Below are positions 54,033-64,000 of a DNA stretch of 64,000 nucleotides, in pieces. Position numbers and translations under genes: made by a program. This DNA comes from Tubulanus polymorphus. Lineage: Eukaryota; Animalia; Nemertea. Below the pieces are notes generated by a model that was given only the letters and a program-made list of their open reading frames with translations, had not been told where the DNA came from and ran no database searches. Position 1 is the first letter of the stretch, and the number at the start of each line of letters is the position of its first letter. The stretch spans positions 6,696,001-6,760,000 of the forward strand of contig NC_134029.1 in assembly GCF_964204645.1 (NCBI RefSeq). Direction: 5' to 3'.

Positions 54033-54078
54033 ATTTCGAGCAACATTTCGTCTAAAGACTATTAGCCATCATCAGGCG
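54033..54078 (-). ncRNA. Degenerate hammerhead ribozyme motif
   Basis: The minus strand reads cgc-CTGATGA-t-ggctaa(tagtct)ttagac-GAAATGTTgctcgaaat, clearly homologous to 11360-11405. Confidence 0.62.
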
Positions 54079-57000
54079 TACTGAAAAGCCAAGATATGTG
54101 TCATTTGCTTTAAGTTAGTTTTATGGAGTACACAAGTCAAAGTCGCTGGGGTTTTCAATGGTGCTAATCGATACGAAGTTTCGAAAACTAAGTTACTACG
54201 CGTTTCCAATACAATCAAACCATAATAAGCAGATCTACTTCCGTAGAATGCAATTGTTCGTGGCCGGACCCTGTCCGTGGAGTTTCGTGCTCCGCATTCA
54301 TCGAAACTAAGTCCGTTTCTATCGATCCGGCGAATGACATCAAAGCAACCGAGAACATGTCGCATATAGGCTATGAAAAGTTAATGAGTTTTGCTCTCCT
54401 GTTGGAACTATTGTTTCACTGGAATTGAACGATTCCGGTGGATCGTTCATGCGCACGAAGTACGATTTGTATGGTATGATATAAGTAAAGCCTGTGAAAA
54501 CTGCTGCGAGAATTTTACAGCAGCATTTCAGGTTAGGTTATCCCGTTGTTTTGAAGATTGGGGAGATAATCGGTTCCGAATGAAACTACATCTGGTTACC
54601 TGTACAGTTTGTTAATCAAAATGTTCCCCGTGACCAGAATCCCGAAGTTAAAAAGCTTAACGCGCACAGCAAGACATAAAACGTCCTAAAACACACGAAA
54701 TCGAAATGCTTTTCTGGCCTGTTTCATGGCTGCGTGCATTGCGCCGAAACAGTGTTTTGGTAAACCACCGTGTTTCGTGTTTCGGAGCAACGCACACGGT
54801 CATGCTACAAACCAGAAAGGAGTATCTGTATCGTGTTTGTGTCCCGCTGTGCGCGCTAGGCTTTGACATCAACATCAACCGTTTTCGACCTAAATGACCT
54901 AGAGAGCGTGTCATGTTTTGTGGATGATTATTTTTGAATCCACCGGTACGCCCGCAGTCTGGTGAGAAATGACTTTGAATACAACATGTGTTTTGAAACA
55001 ATATCACATTGACTTTACGATATTACAAGGTTATCAACAAAACAATCATTGCGTGTTACTTCCTGAAAAAGACTTGAACACTACATTATTCTTATTGATG
55101 GGAATAACTCTAATTCCAAAACTGCAAATGTGAATTCTTGAATGGCCCGACTCAGCTAAAAACGAAACACCAGATTAGATTATTTTGTTTCTATACTTAT
55201 CCAGCTAACTTTTTCCAGTCAGATGATTAGAACCACACCGCGTATTGACAAAATTGGCAGCAAACGTAATCGGCTGAGCGACCCATCTCAACAATGTTCC
55301 CAAACCTTTGTGTTCAAGCAATATTCACCTAAATGCATTGTTGTAGAGAATGATAGTGATCTAAGCGATTGTATTTGGAAGCAGAGATCGTTTTTTTTCA
55401 CTGAGTTAGATTCATTCAATCCCCTTATGGTTGTTAAAAGATAGTGGGCGACTGAATGAATGAATGGATTAGTTTTTGAAGAGGTTGATCTCGACTTTTC
55501 AAAAGAAACGCAAACAGAAGAAAGAAACCTAGAGCGGTAATTGACCGGAGGATCATTTTCCCTCAGAAATCTTTATGTTAAACGATTGCCCCAAATGGAT
55601 AACTTATGTCTGGATCTACGAGTGACATTCAATCTTGATATCGATGCGCGTGAAAATATTTCAGTGGTCCTCCTGGATCGATGTTAGCTAGCGCAACGAG
55701 CTGTAGGGTTCCGTTAAAGCAAAAGTGTAGTTTGTTTAATGGTTCCCTCTTAAAATGGCGTTTCAAAAAAGTGTTGGAAATTTTGCGATGCCGGCGTGGT
55801 TTTCCGATACTTATGGGGAAACGTTTATGGTCGTTGAGGATATTGGTTTTGTAAGTATTTGCGGATGGAGGGTCCACTTGTGCGCACTTATTAATTAGCC
55901 AGCGTTGAGAGGCCCCGTTGTTATCGAGTAAAGTGAAAATCGAGGAACATGAATTTAGCGACTAGATGTTGCCCACTCGAGGCTACATTTCTGTCAGTAT
56001 CTGGGAATTGATAGGCCAACCCGAGTACTGATGGATAAAGTGTATTTCCAGGTTTTTCCACTCTCTCGAATTCATCGCCATCATCAGAAACGAGAAACAA
56101 AAACTGAACAAAACGAAAATAAGACTTCGTATATCTTGGTTAAAAGCAAGTAGAACATGTGAAACTCGATGCTGGTCTAAAGATAATGACTGATATTCGA
56201 AAAACTGCAGTAGAAAAAAGAACAAATGTCCATCCACTCTATAAACGTTAAGAAGGAATACACGATCGCGTTCGGTCCCAGGAGGTAACAGATCAACATC
56301 GACGCTACGTGAAATGAAAAGTATAATACCGCATCGCAATAATTTTGGTGTTGAAAAACGTCCCTTGTAGTTTCTTATTATTGCCGTTGAACGCCCTTGG
56401 GAAATTTTCTTTTTCGACTCTGTTCTCCGGTTGAATACGATGCGGTTACGCAGCTCGAAAGGCGTCGTCAGATTTCACGGCGAATGATCGGATCTTTAAA
56501 AAGAGAAAATGCGCTAATCCTTTCAGCGGTGTGGACCGAATTTCTATTCGAGCAGTCGATTCTTTAAATTTGCCGAGCATTGCCGAGCGAAGTGAGCGTT
56601 ATTTTGCTGCCCGCGACGACAGAGGATACGTGTGTATTCGATACGGGTTTTGTTTCAAGTTCGGATTTGCGGTTTAGTGGTTGTGCCTCCACGCGAGCGT
56701 GTCAGCTTACTGGTAACCGGCTTTTTCGAGCCGCCTTCTACCGGAAACTTTGAAGCTGAAACCCTCGGCATCTTTTTTCATGTTTTGTCATCAATATGAA
56801 CGCCTGCTAGACATTCCCTTACTTTGCGTAATGAATTCATAATCACATTGTACAAAAAACTGCGTATGATAACTTTCCAGGCATTCACACGAGGTTTGGT
56901 ATTTTGCGTGATTGAACCGCTGCTTTTTCAAAAAACACAGAAATATGAAACTTTTTTCTTCACAATCTGTAAAAGTATGGCGTGTAATGCATAAAATATC

Positions 57001-59539
57001 GCCAACACTGATCGAACTATAGTTTTCTAATGTTTTCAGCGCCCGGGTATAGCTTTTTCAAAAGTTACACTTTTCATAGAGGAATCATGATGGACATTTA
57101 TCTAAAGTTTATTCGATAAAGTGCATCGCACTTCTATTACAGATTACAGTCGACACATACATCCATACTGTTTTAATACCTTCGATATCATCTATTATTC
57201 AATAACTCGGCTGAGTATCCGATGTTGAAGCACGTATATATCATTTTGTGGGTTTAATAAACAATTTTGGAGTCTAGTTTAAAGCTCAAATTAAAAAACG
57301 CTGTCGGGCTTAATCTTGTTGATGAAATTCCGCGGTGGTGGACTCGAAATTAAAAAAAAACAGCCGCTTTTGTAGGGTATATCATCATAATTTCAAATTA
57401 AAACTAGATTGAGCCAGAATTCTATTTGGCCGGTAAATTGTAACAAACTGGCTCGGATGATTTCGCTGCAATGAGCAAGTTCAGCATCAGCGCGGCAGGG
57501 AGACTAGTTGACATTCTGGTGTTTGCTTCGCCACCTCGTCAAGTCGTCTCCGTGCGGCTGGATGGGATAATTTCTAGATTCAGCAGCTGGGATATATTGA
57601 TCCTCCACCTGAATTGACACATTATAACTATTTCGACATCATTCAATAATCCAATGATTTCATAGTCGAGCTCTCACCTTCGTTACCATGGAAGCCAAAT
57701 TGTTTTATTTCTTGTTTTATGTATAATAAGCGGAACCCTGGTTTGATCAACGAGCCAAACGAAAAAAGCAAAAGATTGTTCGTCTTAATTTGACGTTAAA
57801 CTTTGCGAATCCTGACATTAAGATACTTCCGGTCACCATTACCATACCACCCTAAGCAAATGTATTTGGCCAAGACCACCATACACGGATGTTTTTTAAA
57901 GGCTATCTGCAAGTTTTTAGATAAACTAGTCTTACTATTGTAAGACTATTTTTTTTTAAATATTCTAGAATTTCGATTATCATCTTTATTCTTTGATATT
58001 ATCCTACATTTCGATATCCGTATTTGAAAATGTCGAACAAAACACAATTGTCTCGAAGAATTCACCTACATCGAAAAAAACATGTAGATCGCGTAAATTC
58101 AAAGTGCTTTGGCGGTTTTCATCAGTCGCTTAAATATCATCCTGGGAACGAACCAGCCTGAAATGCGGACGCCGTCGCGCGCCGTCTGAAAGAAAGTGAG
58201 AGCTCGCTTACGGTGCGCTCCGGATACGGACACGTGCGCTCTTTTGGTAACTAACCAGCCGTTAAATCCCGCGATTGTTCCCAACTTTGTTATGTAAATG
58301 TTAAAGACCAATTGTCGTGATGGGAGTCTATTTTGCATTATTATTACCTATTATAACCTATTATGATTTTCCGGACAAATGTTTATCCGATGTACAAGGT
58401 GACCGCAGCCCCCTGGCCGGCCGATAAAAACAAAAGGATGCGCCTTCTATGGCGTGTAAGGCACGCACGCGTTACTATGGACTTGTCCGCGGAACACGCG
58501 AAGCCACACGACATCTCACGGGAAAAATGCCTTCCTTCCACCCCAGGAACGAGCGCCGGACATTGTAAGACGCAGGTGCGGAAAGAATTTAACCCCGGAG
58601 CACGCGCCCGATCGGACAACAGGCGACTGAGGATTCCGTAACATAAAACTCAGCGGGAGATAAACTTTGAGATCGGAAAAGCTAAATTCCCCAAAAGCAG
58701 CGCTCGCGTTAACCACCTGCTCGTGCGACCAATTTCGAGTACAAATTTTAAGCCCCGCAAAGAGGACGTTTTAAGTTCTGAAAATTATGAGCAGGCATTT
58801 CTGCAACATTATCATTCACCCTTATATTCAAGATATCCTTATATTCGGAATTTTACCGAACCCTTTGTTCATAATCGCGTTCTTTATCAACTACCCGAAC
58901 ATCTCTGCTTCCTGAGAATTTACAATGATTGAGAAATCCGATCGTGAATAATAGGCTGTAAAGTTAGTATGATAGGACAGTAGAGTGTTTTTGCACGGAT
59001 GAACCCATGACTGAGCGGACAGAAGGCGAGTTTGCGATCACTAATGGGTAAGGTGTCAGCGAATCAGGCATTATTCTAGTCTCGGAGCCGTTTTCTTGGC
59101 GCTCCGTCATGGCCGGCTACCTATCACTCCCAGAGCAGTGGATACAAGCTTTTAATTACAGGCAGATCAATAGAAAACCTGGCGAAATCCGGGCCGATCT
59201 TGACGTAGTTGTTTCAGATTAAATCTTGTCACGACGTTGACATCGCATTAATGGTTAATGTCGGCGAACAGAAGCGCGAATAGAGGCAATTCAAGTCTCT
59301 TAAAAGAACGCCTTTTTGAAATGAGAAAAAAAGCACCGCTCAGGTGATAAAAATGTCGTGTGCAGAATTAAGAAAAACAGCCAAAACAAACGAAAAATCG
59401 CGAAATACGAACTGGAATAAAAATGAAACGGAATAAAGCGATAATCATTTGCATTCGAATTGAAGTAAAAACATTTGTTAAAACTTCGATTTAAACAAAA
59501 AAATTTGTAATTTCGACCGCCGATCACACAACTATATTT

Positions 59540-59620
59540 GTACTTCGATTTCCGATTTCCAAATCAAACCCACTGTTTCGTTCCCAGCAGGTGTGGTGGG
59601 TTTTTAAGGGACACCAAATC
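59540..59620 (+). repeat. Dispersed repeat fragment, second copy at ~62360-62491
   Basis: Both copies share tgtacttcgatt...cgattt..aaatcaaaccc...ttcgtt...aggtgtggtgggttt...aggg..caccaaat. Confidence 0.65.
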
Positions 59621-62600
59621 AGAAAAGTCAAACGAAATCTACCTATCAACTAGAAAACAGGGGCAATCCCTATATTAAGATCAAAAATAAGAAAAAAAGT
59701 TGCTTTACATGACGCGGAAGAAAGAAATTACTAGACTAGAACTGTAATATCCATGTGTATTTATCTGTCTGGTGGAGTAGGCTAATACCCTTACGCTTTC
59801 GCGCTTAACTACGGCGCCATAGCACGACAAATATTTGGTATGAATTTTACATGCGGGATAATCGTAAGTTGTGTACCAGTTTTTCATTATTCATACGCCA
59901 ACCATGTCGTTTCTCTACCGTGACTATTTACACAGAAAATCAACGCTTTTCCGCTAATTTACCGTTAATTCACTCCGCCGAAAATAACTACGCATCGCAT
60001 TCCGAAATATTCCTCGAATGAAAATTCAACTAATCGCACGAAATCATATAATTTACTAATCGAATACCCAATGAACGAATATGTTACTAAAATTTCTTTC
60101 GTGTATATACTACTTTTTACATCTGATATATTTTGAGAGCATCGTAATTCGAAAACCTCTGTCACCTTATTGCTGATATTGCAAAATGAGCCGGATACCT
60201 ATAGGCCTCGCCAGGCCATTTCGTACGTGATAATGAAGATGATGTTGAAAATATTTTCTTTTGTCGACTTGCCGCTCTCATTAAAACGGCAATCTACTTC
60301 TATCATTATTTCAGAAATTTAAGCTTTCTAATCGACAGAAGGCGTGCTATTAATCATAGAATTCATAATAGAAAAAAGCGCGATGATTTGAAATAAAAAT
60401 ATATCTATCGATTTAAAATGTTTTATATGGGTGCGTTGTTGAGCGGGCGGTGAATTGGGAAGTTAATCGCCGAGATATTGATGGCCGTCCTGTCGACGAC
60501 AAATGGAGTGTCGTCTGACGACTAAATAATGACCGCTTATTTAACGCGTTTCCACTTTTCGCCCATTTCAAGTGAGATACGATTACAATTGGTATTTCTT
60601 CGGCTTCATTTCGCTCGGATAATAGGCGGAAATTCATCATTTTCCGGCGGATTGACCCCGATTCTGTTAGAAAGCTTTCGCCTGAACGCGTCGCCGCGTG
60701 AAGCGCTAATTGTCAACGCTTAAAACAGCGTCCGACTCTCCGAAGGTTTCTAACCGAACCCATATCCGAACCGGTCTTAAATCATCATCGCGACATCGCA
60801 ACCAAAAGGCGTTAAAGGCACTCGATTAGAATAGACAGAGAGAAAGCGTTAATTAATCAAACGTAAGAAATGAATTGTAAGCCCGAAGCATCGTGGCGTG
60901 GGGTTTGTCGTCGAATTAACACATCATCGACAATGATTCATAAAATGTGTGTTTATTTCTCTCTAAAAGACAACCAGAAAGCAAAATATCATTTATCCCA
61001 ATTCAGGAATATGTTGGCTTTTTAATGTTGGAAAATCCATTTCGATAGGCACATTTCGTATGATGCAAAAATGTAACCAAATGAAGCATACATTGATAGT
61101 TTATTTGTTAGAAAATCAGTTGTATATACTACGATGAATATACTGAAAATGGATCTCTGGACCAGACGTGTGAAATGCCAGAAATATTGCTATGAGGGAT
61201 AGGAGAATACGTGAAATATACATATATAGAAAAATTAATGTAACGATATCAAGATGATATCTTTATTTGGCATATGGAATATTACGCCGGTCATGGACGT
61301 TTAATACGTCAATGCGCTAACGAAGCTGGGAACATGGCGTGTATACGATGTATTAATGTAAAGTTAATGCCACAATAGGATGAATCGCCGCCGATAAAAT
61401 ATTCATTATCATCATCATCAACCGAGCTGTCGGCGGTCGTCGGCTTTTCATTAAAAACCCTAAACAAAGAAACACCAGTCATCGGGGCTTCATTTCACAG
61501 AAAGCGGCGCCCAGGTTTTCCACAAGCCCGACTCGCAAATCTATAGAGTCCTAAGCGCCATGCCGCTGAGAATTGTACTTGTTTTTTTTCTTCGTCCGCT
61601 TTTGTTTTTTATTTACTCTTTTGTAAACAAGTCGACGATTTAATTTAGAAGATAAGATCGGAGCGGAGAATGAAATCAAATCATGGAACTTCCATTCATT
61701 CAGAACGTTTACACACGAGAGCGGCTTAGAAATTTGTGGGAAAATATCTACGTCGGCATATGTTTTTACCTGGTAGCCAATAGCTGCTTAAACAAAGGCT
61801 CGAAATTAGTACTTGACTTGCTATTGTGAAATAATAGATAATATTTTTCGGCTCGTGATTCAAGTGATTGGCGCGTATCCAACCGAGTTAGGCGTCGGTA
61901 GCGACCAATGTTTTGAGATGTCCGTTCACGTGCCCTGCGCGTGGTGGCACCACCTAGCGACGGATATGCATTTCGGGACATCTGTTTGTATTCTCATATC
62001 CATTGCGTGATTATGTTTCTTTTTAAGGCAAATCGGTAATTCTAATTTCGGTTGAGGCAAGAATCAATTTCATTTCAACGTCAAGTCTTATGTGTCGGTT
62101 TTACATATTGTATTTCTACAAACCCAATGCGAAGAGGAAAGTAATATGCATGTAAGCTTATGTGAGAAAGAATATAAAAAGGAAAGGATAGCAAATCTTT
62201 TTCGAATGATCAATGATCTTCCCTCCCTTATAGTTACTTCCGAATATCGATGTATTAAATCAGGTATCTACAAGATAAACACACGCCATTTGCTTACCAG
62301 TTCAGGCTGGATGGAAAGAAAATCGTTCACCTAAAACCGAAACCGAAATTTACAATAATGTACTTCGATTCAAATGAAATGCCGACCAACTATTCGTCTA
62401 TATCATTCTTTACTTTGATTTTCGATTTCAAAATCAAACCCCTTGCTTCGTTGGCGGTAGGTGTGGTGGGTTTGTTAGGGCCACACCAAATGCATTAGTA
62501 TCCCTAATTCATCCCTACTTGAGGATTTAAAAAAAGATACGTTGGGTAGGTGATGCAGTTTGCATTGTGGTCGGACGTGCTTACACAGAACGAGCTGCCC

Positions 62601-64000
62601 TGTCTAATAGAAAAACACGCATTTCATTGTCGTAACAACAATAGTCAACCTGAAATGTTGATATTCCATAGTGTACGAGATAATTGAGCTAAACCGATGG
62701 AATACGCTAAATAAACGACGATTGTCTATGGGAAAAAATTTGAAAATGAATGCAGGCGTACGTTGAAAATGATTGTATATTGTAAGGATTACGGTAAAAA
62801 ATTTACGCATTGCAGAATTATTGACTCGGAAATCACTCAGGCGTATACACTTTTATTATCAATTGGTAACGGATGGAATTAAATTGTACTAATCAATGAA
62901 AAGCAATTTATTACAACGCTATACTAGAGATGGAAAAATTTTTCATTCAAACTGTTGCTGATTTATTTTGCAAAGAAACAATTCAACCAGGTTTATTCCC
63001 CGGCTTCCGCGTACATATAACCATAAGGGATGGGGGCTGGAACTCGTAAAATTGATGGCGATGTTGGAGACTGGCGTGCAGCTATTGGCGATCTAATTAG
63101 AAAGCTTGTTGTTCCACGATATTAAACAATTCCCGAGGGTGATAGCTTATACTTAAATTGTCACAACATCAACTCGCAACGAGCTAATGAAATCAATTCG
63201 ACGAGAAGGATGATTGGCTAACCCGCTATGGTTAATGCCACCTGTTCGCTAGAATTTCTCTATTTACACCGCGCGTGCGCCTTTTTACCGGGACCCGCGT
63301 CAAAATCGCCGCACCATATGCCCACGTGTAAATCTACCGTGTAACTCGAAACTATAATGATTTAAAAGAAAGTGAACATATTGCAATTTCATGGTGTCGA
63401 TTTGGTCGGATTTTCCGCGAACACAGTTTCTGACACCGCCTGCAGTCGGGGAACGAAACGCATTCAGGTAGAACGGAGTGAGAACGACAGGAATCGCGCA
63501 CCATAACGTCGCCATATGTTCACAAGGTAATACCCAGTCACGCCAAGTCACCGCCTGAGCACACGTGACTTGAAAATCAAATCTATCATATTCTCCCGAA
63601 CTCCTCGGACTAACCGAAAATTCGAAGTCTTCATGCGATTATACATCAATATCAATATCGCTATACGCAAGGCTGGCAATAGTTCACATTTCAAAGCGTA
63701 GGGAATGTAAACGATTTCGAAATTTCGAAATAGCTCAATAAAGATTTGCCGCATACAAGAGGCCAACCATTGAAGTACGGCCTCGATACATACATATAAT
63801 TAGTTTGTTTTAATGGTTTTCCGCGTAGTGGATATATCGCTATTATGATTATGCCGATGATTGTGGTCACTGTAGCGTTGACGAATAAGCGACGTCGATA
63901 TTTGGCCAAACACATTGATAGTCGCAATGGGATTCCGCGTGCAACGAAAATCGTTTGAATATTTTATAAACAATCCTTTCATTGTAAACGCAAATGTGAT

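Noticed and set aside
53620-54046. ORFs with SLSPSLPL or ERERGREG repeats
   Set aside because: Translation of the polypurine repeat.

Overview
Eukaryotic, AT-rich, intron-containing animal genomic DNA, probably a marine invertebrate (inference only; the species cannot be determined). Most entries in the ORF track are spurious or are single exons. Supported content: (1) a 459-aa single-pass membrane protein gene with a Ser-rich, PKA-motif-rich tail (5046-6425, +). (2) A head-to-tail array of eight apparently intact, divergent intracellular lipid-binding protein (FABP/iLBP-like) genes (10231-24887, +). All eight were reconstructed by hand with the 4-exon, phase 1/0/0 structure. They carry an unusual GxW(E/D/L)Y(H/N/Q)H(E/D/Q) N-terminus and appear to lack the carboxylate-binding Arg of the R-x-Y motif. 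The array includes a recent ~1.9 kb tandem duplication that left an orphan terminal exon. (3) A two-exon POU4/Brn3 gene (49559-47223, -) in a large region with no other recognisable genes. (4) Four minimal hammerhead-ribozyme-like motifs in three related non-coding elements. One is a ~1 kb insertion with a 14-bp target-site duplication and a long inverted repeat, resembling Penelope-like or retrozyme elements. (5) Several MITE families and microsatellites.
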